A stretch of 62,903 nucleotides of DNA, counting the filler, from Chiloscyllium plagiosum (lineage: Eukaryota): the NCBI RefSeq assembly GCF_004010195.1. It is 4 parts of one record of this genome, joined end to end, with 100 filler letters (N's around TTAATTAATTAA, not from the genome) between each part and the next. Parts side by side here need not be neighbours in the genome. Positions count along the whole stretch, not along the records: positions 1 to 26,845 come from NC_057711.1; 3 more parts are not named here. The stretch is one strand, 5' to 3'. Of the stretch, positions 1 to 12,803 are shown piece after piece. The translations under genes and the position numbers were made by a program. The notes under the pieces were generated by a model, which was not told the DNA's origin, made no database searches, and was given only the letters and a program-made list of their open reading frames with translations. The number at the start of each line of letters is the position of its first letter. Positions within the stretch are counted from its first letter, which is position 1.

Positions 1-272
1 TCGAACTCAGCACTGCCTTCCTAACCTGCAATCTTCTTCCTGACCTCTCCGCCCCCACCTCCACTCCGGCCTATCTCCCTCACCTTGACCTCTTTCCACC
101 TATCGCATTTCCAACGCCCCTCCCCCAAGTCCCTCCTCCCTACCTTTTATCTTAGCCTGCTGGACACACTTTCCTCATTCCTGAAGAAGGGCTTATGCCC
201 GAAATGTCGATTCTCCTGTTCCTTGGATGCTGCCTGACCTGCTGCGCTTTTCCAGCAACACATTTTCAGCTC
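1..272 (+). mobile_element. Penelope-like element 3' end/pLTR (family A) with hammerhead-like core
   Basis: Same sequence as other copies (8009-8192, 52600-52797). CTGAAGA-A-GGGC-TTAT-GCCC-GAAATGTC at 181-208. Linked to GIY-YIG coding sequence in other copies. Confidence 0.8.
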
Positions 273-273
273 T

Positions 274-1035
274 TGACATAAATGCCAACATTGCATTTGC
301 CTTCCTAACTTCCTAACTACAAACTCAACCTGTAGATTTACCTTAAGAGAATCCTAGACTAGGACTCCCAAGTCCCTTTGCACTTCAGATTTCTGAATTT
401 TCTCCCCATTTAGAAAACAGTCAATGTTTCTATCCTTCCTACTAAAGTGAAGACCTCATACTTTCCCACATTGCACTCTATCTGCCATTTATTTGCCCAC
501 TCTCCTTACCTGTCCAAATCCTTCTTCAGCCTCCCCACCCTCTCAATACTACCTGCCACCCCATCTATTTTTGCAAACTTAGCTTGGCTGCCCTCAGTAC
601 CTTCATCGAGATCATTAATGTATAAAGTGAAAAGTTGTAGTCCCAACACTGACCCTTGTGGAACACCACTTGTCACCAGCTAGAATCCTGAAAAGGACCC
701 CATTATTCCCACCCTCCGCTTTCTGCAAGAAAGCCAATCTTCTATCCATGCTGGTACCTTGCCTCGAACACCATGGGCCCTTAGCTTACTTAGCAGCCTC
801 ATGTGTGGTGCCTTGTCAAAGGCCTTCTGGAAAGAACAGCCATTTGCTCTCCTTGATCTATCCTGTTCATTATCTCAAAATGAATTCAAACAGATTTGTC
901 AGATCCAAGCTCCCCCTTGATGAAACCATGCTGACTTTGCCCGATTTTACCACGCAGTCCAAGTATTCAAAAATCTTATCCTTCACGTTGGACTCCATAA
1001 TCTTACAATGACAGAGGTCAGGCTAATTGACCTGT
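274..1035 (-). mobile_element. CR1 LINE RT fragment, degenerate
   Basis: Minus strand gives the VTSGVPQGSVLG motif (about 645-680) and an AFDK-type motif, with frameshifts. Confidence 0.8.
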
Positions 1036-1131
1036 AACATCACCAAGAATTCACGTGGCCTTTGGGAGTCATGCTTAAGAGTTCCTTTGTGTCTATTTTG
1101 AAAAAGTTAGTTTGTTGCAAAATCTATAAGA

Positions 1132-1250
1132 GGGCCCTATTGTGGTGGAATGGTAGCATCACTCTGGACCAGGAGGCCCAGGTTCAAATGCTCCAGAGGT
1201 GTGTAATAATAACATCTTTTCTGAACAGGAGGTTAATTTTAAAAACTGTA
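1132..1250 (+). mobile_element. short tRNA-derived SINE remnant
   Basis: A-box-like TGGTGGAATGG and B-box-like GGTTCAAATGC about 40 nt apart. Confidence 0.4.
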
Positions 1251-1404
1251 CATTTATGATATTGCTATAACTTCCATAATGGTAGATTCTAAAATTTTCC
1301 TTCAGTTACAATCAGTCTCTAGGAGATATACCCAGAGTTATTAGGTTTCCAGACGGGACACATAAAGCCATCATGATCTTGGCGAGGAGGGATGAATATG
1401 GGGA

Positions 1405-1592
1405 ACTGATGGCCTAGATTATCATAACTAGATTATTAATCCAGACATCTCAATAATGTTCTGAGCACCTGGGTTCGAATCTTGCCATGGTGAATGGTGG
1501 AATTTGAACTCAATAAAAGTCAATAATTTAAGAATCTAATGATGACTGCGAAGCCATTGTTGATTGTTGGAAAACCCACCTGGTTTACTAAT
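1405..1592 (+). mobile_element. tRNA-like head of the SINE/LINE family described at 12153
   Basis: TGGCCTAG A-box, GGTTCGAATCT B-box, then ggtggaatttgaa...aaacccacctggtttactaat, shared with 12153-12330. Confidence 0.7.
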
Positions 1593-1599
1593 AATAGCA

Positions 1600-2075
1600 A
1601 CTGAATTTTGGCAGTTGAAATGGCTGAAGACTGGCATCTGTGATATCAGGAATCTCCAGTGGAGACTAAGATGTATCATCCACTCCACATTCTAACTGAA
1701 TATTGTAGCAAATGCTTCAGCCTTATCTTTTGAACTGATGTGCTGGGCTCCCCTATCATTAAGGATAGGAGTATTTGTGGAGTCTCCTGCTCGATAGTGA
1801 GTTCTTTAATTATCCATCACTATTCATGACTGGATGTGGTAGGAGTGAAAAACTTGGATATGAACTTTTCATTGTGGAATCACTTAGCTCTGCCATCGTC
1901 GCATCTGCTCTTTGGCATGCAAATAGTCCTATGTTGCATCTTCACAAGGTTAGCACCCCATTTTTAAATATGCCTGATGCTGCTCCTACATACCCTGTTG
2001 CACTCTTCACTGAACCAGAGTTAATCCTTTGGTTTGATGGGAGAGGGGGTTATGCCAGGCCATGAGGTTGCAGTT
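1600..2075 (-). mobile_element. inverted internal fragment of the tRNA-headed CR1-group LINE
   Basis: Reverse complement matches 16950-17360 (aaagataaggctgaagcatttgc; cagatgccagtcttcagcca). Confidence 0.65.
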
Positions 2076-2079
2076 TGTA

Positions 2080-2210
2080 CATAGAGATGTACAGCATGGA
2101 AACAGACCCTTTGGTCCAACCTGTCCATGCCGACCAGATATCCCAACCCAATCTAGTCCCACCTGCCAGCACTTGGCCCATATCCTATTCATATACCTAT
2201 CCAAATGCCT
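2080..2210 (-). mobile_element. CR1 LINE 3' end
   Basis: catagagatgtacagcatggaaacagacccttt... tail, repeated at 5805, 32755, 34045 and 36587. Confidence 0.8.
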
Positions 2211-3304
2211 TTCTGGGAATATCCTCCCTCACTACAGCTGTAATCCCTTATCAAAAACACCACTCTCCTCTCCCCCAACCCTTGCCCCCCTTTCTATCCT
2301 TCCTGTAGCATTTCTATCCTGGAACATTAAGCTACCAATTACAGGGGTATTTTAGCAAAAAATTGAATTACGGCTTGAGATACATGTCTTCATCTTTAAT
2401 GGTAATGTTATGTTGAACAGTCAACAAGCATTTAAGGATGTATTTCTGGTAAATTCTGTACTCAAGCTAAAAGATGTTATGAGAAGTAGAATGCATTTCC
2501 AATTCCAGTGGCAGCCTCAAGCATACACAAACTAAAAATAGGACAGACCAGGTCACATACAGCACAAGCTGTATCAAGTCAGCAGGGGACACAATTATTT
2601 TTACACTGCACCAAAAACCGGTTTTAACGAAAACCCAACACATCCCATTGAACTAATAGTACCTGTATTAGATAAATCACTAATTAGCACCAAATTATAA
2701 ACTGTTGTATGCTACAAAATTATGGATATTAAAAACTGGTTTAAGAGCACCCAAGTTCAATTTACTAAAGCAAGTACACTAGTCAACTGTGAGGTAACTA
2801 AGTGTCTTTAATTTATGAATATGTAAATACTAAGAAAGGGACATAAAAGAAACAGTGAACACAATATACTTTAAAGCCACATCAATATACTTACGTTCAT
2901 CTCAAAGCATTCACATCACTATACGTGATAAACTTCAGTCATTAACAAGTAGTACAAGAAAGTTTTTTTTAGGTCAGTGTGTTAAAAGGGCAACTAGGGA
3001 AAGGCTATTTTAGATTTAGCAAGGAAAAAGGATTTATTTTGTCTTTAATTTGAGAGTGACTTAGTTAAACAAAACCTGAACAAAGCATACCTCTTCATAA
3101 TGAGGGACAGTTAGGCAAAATAGAAAGGAACAAAAGTTAAATCATATGATAGAAAGATAAAGAACAGCAAATATTTAAAAAGAAGCACTTCATAGGTTAA
3201 AACCTGGTAAGAAACATGGTTAGGAAAAGGATAGGATATAATATACAATAGGTAGACAGGTGGTTTTGCAGCCACACTTGAATGCAGAGTGATAAGTTTA
3301 TTTT

Positions 3305-3795
3305 AAATTCGCTCATGGGATCAGGGAATCGCTCATGAGGCTGGCATTTATTACATTTTCTGGATCAGTGGTGCTGGAAGAGCACAGCAATTCAGGCAGC
3401 ATCCGACGAGCAGCAAAATCGACGTTTCGGGCAAAAGCCCTTCATCAAGAATAAAGGCAGAGAGCCTGAAGCATGGAGAGATAAGCTAGAGGAGGGTGGG
3501 GGTGGGGAGAAAGTAGCATAGAGTACAATAGGTGAGTGGGGGAGGGGATGAAGGTGATAGGTCAGGGAGGAGAGGGTGGAGTGGATAGGTGGAAAAGGAG
3601 CTAGGCAGGTCGGACAAGTCCAGACAGGTCAAGCCAAATGCCCACAGGGCAGGTAATATTCAACAACATTTTTGTGGGCCCTCTAGAGTCACATGAAGGT
3701 CACAGCAGCTAAGCATGGCAGATTTCCTTTCCTAAATGACATCAGTGAACCATGTGAGTTTTGATGACAATTGACAGTGATCACATGGTTGTCAC
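3305..3795 (-). mobile_element. tRNA-derived SINE (body and tail) interrupted by a Penelope fragment at 3357-3633
   Basis: Reverse complement matches the body at 12290-12400 and the tail at 20340-20405. Confidence 0.6.
3357..3633 (-). mobile_element. Penelope-like 3' end fragment
   Basis: gacgtttcgggcaaaagcccttcatca is a reverse-complemented hammerhead core, followed by the purine-rich pLTR body. Confidence 0.75.
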
Positions 3796-3949
3796 GGTGA
3801 GCAGTATCTCTTTTGTTTTCAAACCATCATGCATTCTTTCTCTCCGACCTCCCCCATTTCCCAAAATCCCCTCCACTTTTGGCCATATTTTCATTGCTCT
3901 GCCAACCAGCCTTTATGGCCTGGACAAAAACCCTCAAACATATCAAGGA

Positions 3950-4542
3950 TGTCGCCTGGTCCTAGATTTTATTTTAATTTAGAGCCAAGTGTAAGGCACT
4001 GCTTTCCAAATGTGATTTGATTGATCAAACTACTAAACTTTAAGCAAAATACACTTTATTTTTACACCACAATTGAAATACAAACAAAAAACAGTGGCAC
4101 AAGTTTTAACGCCATCAAAAATACTTAATATATTATTTAACTGTTCTAGTATAGCAGCATCTCAAACACATCCTTGGCAAAGGCAAATTCAGCAAAGTAG
4201 ATTTCTCTCACTTGTTATCTCCTCCAGTCAAAGAGAAAGAACACCGACAGAATGAATCTTGCAGCAGAGGTAGAACTCAAGCTTTTGCAGCAGAGAGAGG
4301 ATTGTATCTAGCAGCTTCAATTCCAAAACTCCAACATCAACGACCGAAAGCAAAATGAAAACCCTGAGTCTGTCAGAGCCTGACTCCACTCACTCATGCT
4401 TCTTTTGTCAAACGTTTTTAAAAACTCAAAACTATTTACTCTGCTTTCCATTGTGCTGACACCTCGACATCAGATTTACAACATCCCTCTTCAAAAGAAA
4501 CAAAGACAGAACAAATCCCACTTAAAGGCACATATTGTCACA
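3950..4542 (-). mobile_element. probable old solo LTR
   Basis: TGT...ACA termini and a minus-strand AATAAA near 4056. The right end resembles 26100-26310 in reverse complement. No TSD found. Confidence 0.4.
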
Positions 4543-5804
4543 CACCGTTGGCCACAATCTCTCCCACTCATCCCTACTGCCCTTTAGCCCACTGTTCCCC
4601 GAGAGCAGTGTAAAGATCAAGATGGCAGAGCAGGTAGCAGAGGCCACGAGGAGCCAGAGTGGCCACACAGTGTACGCCAGCCCCGGACAGCTAGTCTCAG
4701 ACAGGACAGAGCAAGGAAGCACATCTTGGCACTTTCACAGCCATCCTGAATTCACCCTCAACGACAAAACATTCAAATCTTGGAGGCCTGGATGGGGTGT
4801 GTGTGTGTGAGGGTCTGCATATGTGAGTGAGTAACCCACGATTGGGAATGAGACAGATACACATACACACAATCTTCACCTCATTCACTGTCCCAAAAAC
4901 ATCCACCTACAAAGCAGGCTGGGGGGAGGAAGAGGAGGAGGAGGAGGAGAAGAAATACCAAGGCTGAAAACTAATTTGTATGAATTTGACTGAGGCCTGT
5001 AATTCAGTTATAATTAAATCCAACTCTGTAGCTTGGCTTTGGTACTAAACCTTCATCTTGGTGTTCACGTCTTAGGTCATATCCTGTCACTGTACCTCTG
5101 CATCTCGAGCAAAAAAGAAAAAAAATGCATGTTTTACATTAGCTCTACAGCTTGGTACATTTCAATAGTATTTTTAAAAAACTTAAAATTTAATATTGTG
5201 CACAACCTCATCTTTCTGAAGGTTACTCACTGGCACCAGGCAGGGCACTAAATTTATTGCACACGAAAAGACTGGACAATCTTGCCCTTAACTATGAGCT
5301 CTTATTTTGTATATTACTGCTGGTATACTGCTTGGGTAGGAAGAAAGCTGTGGTCCTGAAATCTGAATGTAAGGAGCTTGATAGAAAGTTAGAAAGCCAA
5401 AAAGTGCTGAAAGCCATCTCAGCCTCCTCCAGAAGTCTCCAGCATCGAGATGCCAGCCTTCAGCCAACTTGATTCACTCCACGTGATATCAAGAAATGGT
5501 TGGAGGCATCGGATACTGCAAAGGCTGTAGGCTCTGACAATATTCCAGCAATAGCACTGAGGACTTGCTGCTCCCCTAGTTCCAGTACAGTGACAACAGT
5601 GGAATCTACCTGACAATGTGGAAAATTGCCAGAGAATATCCTGTACACAAAAAGCAGGACAAATCCAACCCACTCAATTACTGCCCCATCAGTCTACTCT
5701 CAATCATCAGTAGTATGATTGAAGGGGTCATCAACAGTGCTGTAAAGCAGCAGTTGTTTACCAATAACCTGCTTACTTTTGCTTAGTTTGGGTTCTGCCA
5801 GAGT

Positions 5805-6788
5805 CATAGAATCATAGAGTTACAGAAATGGAAATAGCATGGAAACAGACCCTTTGGTCCAACTCGTCCATGCCAACCAGATATTCCAAATTAATCTAGT
5901 CCCATTTGCCAACATTTGACTCATATCCCTGTTTTAAAAAATTCTCAAGGTCAGGTTCGTAGGAGAGTAGTCTGACACAGAACAAACGACCAAGAGGCGA
6001 GTCTGCTAGAATATGAGCATTTTATTCCCCGCAGCGTCGCCACAACCAACGGGTCTGGCTTATACTCACTCTACATGTTACCGGAACTGGGAGCCGTCAG
6101 TTCTCGTAGAGCGGTTGCCAACAACCCACGCTCGGCGGTTAAACGTAACCCCGGAGCAGACTCCCCGAACCGGAGACTTTTCCAGCTGATATACTCTTTT
6201 CCAGATATAAACATTCATGTGAACAGCAGAGCAAGGCTAAAAAACACATTCCATTCTGGTTACATACAGATAAGAAGATTCACACGGGGAGGTGTGTAAT
6301 AAGATTCACACGGGACTAAGCAACACCTCCATTCCGGTTAGATTCACACATGTATTGGGACATAATTTTTTAACCGTTTCACCACATTCCACTGCTTGGC
6401 CCAATACATGTGTTACATTATGATTCACACATATATTGGGACATAATTTTACACCACAATCCCCGAAAACCCTTCCTATTCATATACCCATCCAGGTGTT
6501 TTTTAAATGCTGTAATTGTACCAGTTTCCACCACATCCTCTGGCAGCTCATTCTATACACGCAACACCTTCTGCGTGAAAACATTGCCACTAAGGTCCCT
6601 TTTAAACCTTTCCACTCTCACCTTAAACCTATGCCCTCTAGTTTCAGACTCTCCCACCCCACAGAAAAGACCTTGCCTATTTACACTATCCACGCCCCTC
6701 ATGATTTCATAAACCTCAAAAGGTCACCCATCAACCTCCGACCCTCCAGGGAAAATAGCCTCAGCATATTCAGCCTCTCCCTATAGCT
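5805..6788 (-). mobile_element. CR1 LINE 3' end, split by a solo LTR
   Basis: Typical CR1 tail; catatccc|...|cgaaaacccttcctattcata is contiguous across the LTR. Confidence 0.85.
5930..6458 (-). mobile_element. solo LTR (529 bp) with 5-bp TSD ATCCC
   Basis: TG...CA ends; ATCCC at 5925-5929 and 6459-6463; minus-strand AATAAA at 6021-6026; internal direct repeats in the presumed U3. Confidence 0.85.
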
Positions 6789-7614
6789 CCTGATCTCAAT
6801 ACAGCCTTGGCTCATACAGGGACAAAAGAGCTGAATTCCATAAGCGAGGTGAGATTAACAGCCCTTGACATCAAGGCCAGATTTGACAGAGTGCAGCATC
6901 AGGGATCCTAAGAAGACTTCAGTCAATGGGAATCATGGGGAACAACTCTACTGGGAAATTGCAAAGAATTGCCATGATTATGGAGCAGTTATAATGGGGA
7001 ACATCAGTTACAGTGTAAGGAGCTAGCAAGAGAAAAGTGTTCCTGAATTGTGAATTGCGTTAGGGAGCTTTCGACAGGATATGTCAATCCAACAAGAAAG
7101 GATGCATTGTTGAACCTGGACATTGCAAAGGAGTTGGGCCAGTGGCTTAAGTGTCAGTGATTATTGCATATGGTTTATGTTGGTGCTGGAGAATGACATG
7201 CTACAATCCAGAGCAATAAAAACAATTGGCAGAGAGCTAACTTCAATGGGGCTAGAACAGAGGTGAGCAGGATTCATTTGGTGTAATAGTTAGCTGGAAG
7301 GTCAAGGACTAAACAATGGGCCATCTTGCCTCTAATGCAAAAAGGTACTACAAACAAGTCCAGAACTCTTCAAATGACAAGAAAGGTAGAAATTGATGTT
7401 AGAAAGAAATGGTATGTTTATGACAGGTGCAAGGCAGAAAACCACTCAACCAAGCAAACTACTGAAGGTTTGATGGGAGATGCAAAAGCAAATAGAACTA
7501 TGAGAACCCAAAGGGAAATCCCAAAGTCTTCTGTAGATACCTAAACAATCAGAGTGTGACTAATGGAGGAGTCAGGCTGATCAGAGACCAAACAGGGGAT
7601 ATACAGGCAAGAGG

Positions 7615-8192
7615 AGAAAGTGAGGACTGCAGATGCTGGAGATCAGAGCTGAAAATGTGTTGCTGGAAAAGCGCAGCAGGTCAGGCAGCATCCAAGGAAC
7701 AGGAGAATCGACGTTTCGGGCATAAGCAAGAAATGCAAAACTTGCGCCCACACCTCCCCCCTTACTTCCCTCCAAGGCCCCAAGGGACACTTCCATATCT
7801 GCCACAAATTCACCTGCGCCTCCACACACATCATCTATTGCATCCGCTGCACCCGATGTGGCCTCCTCTATATTGGGGAGACAGGCCGCCTACTTGCNNN
7901 NNNNNNNNNNNNNNNNNNNNNNNNNNNNNNNNNNNNNNNNNNNNNNNNNNNNNNNNNNNNNNNNNNNNNNNNNNNNNNNNNNNNNNNNNNNNNNNNNNNN
8001 NNNNNNNNATCACCCTCACCTTGACCTCCCTCCACCTATCGCAATTCCAACGCCCCTCCCCCAAGTCCCTCCTCCCTACCTTTTATCTTAGCCTGCTGGA
8101 CACACTTTCCTCATTCCTGAAACGTAGATTCTCCTGTTCCTTGGATGTTGCCTGACCTGCTGCGCTTTTCCAGCAACACATTTTCAGCCCCC
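7615..8192 (+). mobile_element. Penelope-like element (family A): inverted pLTR, GIY-YIG fragment, 3' end; 16-bp TSD
   Basis: The + frame near 7730-7897 reads CKTCAH...IIYCIRCTRCGLLYIGETGRLL. TSD ATATACAGGCAAGAGG at 7599-7614 and 8193-8208. Confidence 0.85.
7898..8008. other. assembly gap (111 N)
   Basis: N run lying inside one TSD-bounded element. Confidence 0.99.
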
Positions 8193-9039
8193 ATATACAG
8201 GCAAGAGGCAAGGACAGGGCTGAGGTATTAACTGAATACTTTGCATCAATCTTTACTAAAAGAGGATGACACTGCCCAAACCATAGTGGCAGAAGAAGAG
8301 ACTCTGTCATTAAAACGGTTGAAAATTAATCAGGAAAAATCTTGTGTAGTAGCATTTAAACGTTATTAAAGTACTGGGACTGGATGAGCTGCACCCAAAG
8401 ATTCTGAAGAAAATGGGGTAGAAATGTGGAGGCACTGGCCATAATCCTCCAGTCTTCCCTCTACTCTGGAGGGGTGCCTGAATGCTGTGAAACTATCTTC
8501 CCCAGAAAGCAGTGAAGGCTGAGTCATTGAATAAATTCAAGTCTGTGCTGAGTAGATTTAGATCAACAAGGGAGTCAAGGGTTATGGGAAAACAACAGAA
8601 AAGTAAAGTATTTTTATCACAATTTGATTAGTCATGATCTTACCAAATAGAAGAGAAGGCTTGAGGGGTCACATGGTCTCCTTCTGCTCCTAATTCATGT
8701 GCACTCCTATGCATATAAATAGCAACAAAACACTAAGAGGAAGAGTGGGGCCCATTGATGGCCTAACGAAAGATTTCACATGGGAGGGAGAGAGTATGGT
8801 ATCTACCCATGCCAAGAGAAGGTTGTGATGACTCAAGATACTGTGTAACAGTGAGTCAATTAGCCTGTATAGATGTGAAAAGTTTCAAGTAGCATTTAAA
8901 GACATGCAAAAGTGCTAAATGTTGACCATAATATTTCTAAAACTCAACTGGAAACTCAGCTGACCAAGTTAACTTTGTTCCAACAATATATTAAGCTGTG
9001 TTTTCTGGATCTCAATATTTAATACAATATAAAAAATAC

Positions 9040-10790
9040 AATACAGCACAGGAACAAATCCTCTAGCCCACTAAGTCTGCGCTGATTCCTAATCTTTAGT
9101 TAAACCTGCTACTTATTGCCCAAGCACAGTGTCTCTCCCTCTGTTTCCCTCACCTTATATATCTAACAAGATATACCTTAAATGTTGCTAACATGCCTGC
9201 TTCCATCATCTCCAGTGACAGTGCGTTTCAGGCACCTACCATCTTGTGTGAAACATTTTCCCTGCACTTCTCTCCTAAGCTTTCCCCCCTCACCTTGAAC
9301 CTGTGCGCTCTTATATTGACTTTTCCACCTTGGGAAAAAGCCTTTGACTATCCACTCTATCTATGCCTTTAATAATCTTATATACCTTTACCAGGTCTAT
9401 GTTTCCAGTGAAAATAATCCAAATTTATCCAACCTCTCCTCATAACTAAAACCCTCCAGACCAGGCAATATTCTGATAAACCTTTTCTGCACCCTCTCCA
9501 AAACATCTACATGCTTCTGGGACTGTGGCGACCATAACTGCATACAATATTCCAAATGTGGCCGAACTAAAATTTTGTACAGCAAAAACTTTTATAGTCT
9601 ATGCTCTGGCCGATGAATACAAGTGTATTGTATGCCTTTTTGATCACCTTATTCAATTATGGTGCCACTTTCAGGGATCTGTACATCCAGATCCCTCTGT
9701 GTGTCAAAACTCCTAAGGGTTCTGCCATTTACAGTATAATTTGCACCTGAATTTGATCTTCCAAAATACATCGCCTTGCTTTTGTATGGATTAAACTCCA
9801 TCCACCATTTCTTGCCCAAATCTGTAATCTATCTATACCCCATTGTATCATTTGACAACCCCCGTCACTATCTGCAACTCTGCCAATGTTGACACAATCC
9901 ACAAACTTAATGAGACCACTGACATTTTCCTCCTGATCATTTATATATATATTACAAACAACAAAGGTCCCAGCTCTGATCCCTGCAGAACACCAATAGT
10001 TACTGAGCTCCATCCTGAAAAGCAGCTTCCACCACTACTCTGTCTTCTATGACCAAGCCAGTTGTGTGTCCATCTCGCCAGTTCACTCAAGATCCCATGA
10101 GACTGTACCTTCTTTACCACACTGTCATGAAGTACCTTATCAAGTGCTTTACTAAAATCCATGTAGAAGAGAAAGTGAGGGCTGCAGATGCTGGAGATCA
10201 GAGCTGAAAATGTGTTGCTGGAAAAGCGCAGCAGGTCAGGCAGCACCCAAGGAACAGGAGAATCGACGTTTCGGGCATAAGTTCCTGAAGAAGGGCTTAT
10301 GCCCAAAACGTCGATTCTCCTGTTCCTTGGATGCTGCCTGACCTGCTGCGCTTTTCCAGCAACACATTTTCAGCTAAAATCCATGTAGACAACATCCACG
10401 GCCATTCCTTCATCAATCAATCTTGTCACCTTCTCAAAGAACTCAATCAAATTGGAGAGACACGTCCTTCTCTGCACAAACCCATGCAATCTTTCACTAA
10501 CAATCTGTTCGCTTCCAAATGTGAATAAATCCTGATTCTCAATAGATTCTCCAACAGCTTCCGTATCTACTTGGATTACCTCAGTTTCCCTTAAAACAGG
10601 AACAACACTGGCTATTCTCCAGTAATCAGGAACATTGCCTGAGGCCAAAGAGGATGAAAAGATATCTGTTAAAGCCCCAGCTATTTTCTCCCTTTTCTCC
10701 CACAATATCAAGAAATAGATCCTGTCTGAGGCCTTGGGACTTGTCGATCTGAATGCATTTCAAGATACCCAACACGTCCTCCATTATGTT
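9040..10790 (-). mobile_element. CR1 LINE, 5'-truncated, degenerate
   Basis: ORF track gives CLSNLIEFFEKVT...VDVVYMDFS, GVLQGSELGP and LYKILVRPHLEYCMQLWSP. Confidence 0.9.
10168..10373. mobile_element. miniature fold-back Penelope insertion, 16-bp TSD
   Basis: Two inverted pLTR ends. TSD CTAAAATCCATGTAGA at 10152-10167 and 10374-10389. Confidence 0.85.
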
Positions 10791-12594
10791 GACCTGCCCA
10801 AGAGTTAGAACCAGATAAACAAAATATAAAAATTAAAATTGGCCTAGGCAATGAAGGCCTCCTCAAACTGAACACTTCAGGTCTGTCCAATGATCATCTT
10901 ACAAACCCAGAGAAAACACAGTCAACATTCAAATATCAGCTATTAATGCAGCTCAGCTTTACCCTCTGGAAGACATGTATTTTAGACAAAAACCAACAGA
11001 GACTATTTATCAATTCATAAGTAGATGCTATGACAAGGGCATGACTGAAAGATATTGACTGAACAACTGAGCTTGTGATGCACCTACCCCAATGGGAGCA
11101 TTCCAAAAATGCCTCTTCAACCTCCTAAAAGGTTATAGCTGGAAGCACCCCAGCAAAACTGTCACAAATACAAAGTCATCCCACTAGGTAGGCAATCTAC
11201 TTGGATGTGCATAATTCGTCCATCATTGATCCTGAAGCCAATTCAGACAAACTTCGTAAACAATGCAGCTTTAAATATGCACACCCAAAATACCCAGCTT
11301 TTAACACTGTGTTGCAAAACATGTGGCACCAGAAGACTTTGGAAGCACTAATGCAGAAAGCAAAATGCCAAAATAATGGATCAATGTCATGAGAAACCAT
11401 ATCTAGAGGCCACTCAGAATAAGCATCCTAAGAAACCAGATGCACATACCAAATAAATTCAAGACAAGAACCACAAACTATCTTGTTGAGCTAAATGGTC
11501 ATATGATAAGCATGACCAGAACATCAGTCACAAGATTAGTCGACATTCAGCATTGTTAATGTCAAAGAATGTATTGGTACCAATGGAAGCCTTTACCACT
11601 ATTCAGACTTTACAATAACCTACTTGTAAAACCATACATCAGTGTGGGTGCAAATATCTCTCCTCTTCTATGCTGAAATGTATGAATGCACTGAAGTGGC
11701 ATTTGACAGTTTAACTAACCAATGCCAAACTCATCTCATACAATGTGCGCAAGTATCACTACAACAACTTTGTCTTAGTTGACTCCTGATATCTTATGTT
11801 ATGGTCACCATGACTGCAGCAATTGCAGGCCTTTTGCATGCTAGGGCCTATCTTTAGTCACCATTTTCAGTAACAAGTCAAGGGCCATAGACTGCAAGTC
11901 ATGCAATTCGAAACCCCATACCTACACTGGAAGCAGATAAACTTTACAAATCAAAGCAGATCATCAGCAAACAGGAAAAGCACAAGTTGAACTGAGTATG
12001 TAAACCCATTCCAATCTTGCACATTTCACTGCATTATGACACCCTTGTGAAACAACTCCTCAACAGACAATTGCTGACAGCCACTCCAATTATCAAAAAT
12101 AAGAGTTATCAAATACATAAAATAAGTATGGCCAACGCACAGGCAACCTTCTGGGGAAGGTGATAGCCTAACTATATTACCTAAACTAATCTAGAACTCA
12201 GCTAATGTTCTAGGTGCCCGGATCCGAATCCTGCCATGGCGCATTGTGGAATGTGAATTACATAGAAAAAGATATGATGACCATGAAACCATTGTAGATT
12301 GATGGAAAAACTCATCTGGCTCACTAATGTCTTTCACTTGGTTGGCCTACTTGTGACTCCAGAGCCACAACAATGTGGCTGACTCTCAACTACCCTCTGA
12401 AACAGCCTAGCAAGCCATTCAGACGCATCAATTACTACAAAGTCTCAACAAAGAAATAAAACTGGACACACTATCTGCATTGACCTAGGCACTGAAAAAG
12501 ACAGTGGCAGAAACAGCCCAGTCAACCTTGCAAAACCCTCTTTACTAACATCCAGGGGCTAGTGCCAAAATTGGATGGGCTGTCTCACAGACTA

Positions 12595-12803
12595 GGTAAA
12601 AACAATGACTGCAGATGCTGGAAACCAGATTCTGGATCAGTGGTGCTGGAAGAGCACAGCAATTCAGGCAGCATCTGAGGACAGGCAAAATCGACGTTTC
12701 GGGCAAAAGCTCCTGATGAAGGGCTTTAGCCCGAAACGTCGATTTTGCCTGTCCTCGGATGCTGCCTGAATTGCTGTGCTCTTCCAGCACCACTGATCCA
12801 CCC
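12595..12803. mobile_element. miniature fold-back Penelope insertion, 15-bp TSD
   Basis: TSD CTGTCTCACAGACTA at 12580-12594 and 12804-12818; intact hammerhead core at 12713-12740. Confidence 0.85.
12711..12742 (+). ncRNA. minimal hammerhead ribozyme motif (Penelope family A variant)
   Basis: CTGATGA-A-GGGC(TTTA)GCCC-GAA-ACGT-C; stem I is only about 2 bp. Confidence 0.6.

Larger units (their letters stand above)
5420..6950 (+). mobile_element. RT fragment of the tRNA-headed CR1-group LINE (5420-5805, resumes 6790-6950)
   Basis: KAVGSDNIPAIAL, NYCPISLLSIIS, FGFCQSH...PDL...ALDIKARFDRV motifs, split by a CR1 3' end. Confidence 0.75.
6960..8700 (+). mobile_element. old, deleted CR1 LINE (EN-to-3' remnants)
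   Basis: VIMGNIS, AEVLTEYFASIFT and GLDELHPKILK-like remnants plus a degenerate 3' tail. Confidence 0.6.

Noticed and set aside
2885..2960. Minus-strand exon ending at a GTAAGTAT donor
   Set aside because: No open frame and no convincing acceptor.
6270..6450. CRISPR-like repeat-spacer pattern
   Set aside because: Only paired imperfect repeats inside a TSD-flanked LTR in vertebrate DNA.
10880..12130. Possible very old LINE coding remnant
   Set aside because: A-rich and coding-like, but I could not recover diagnostic motifs.
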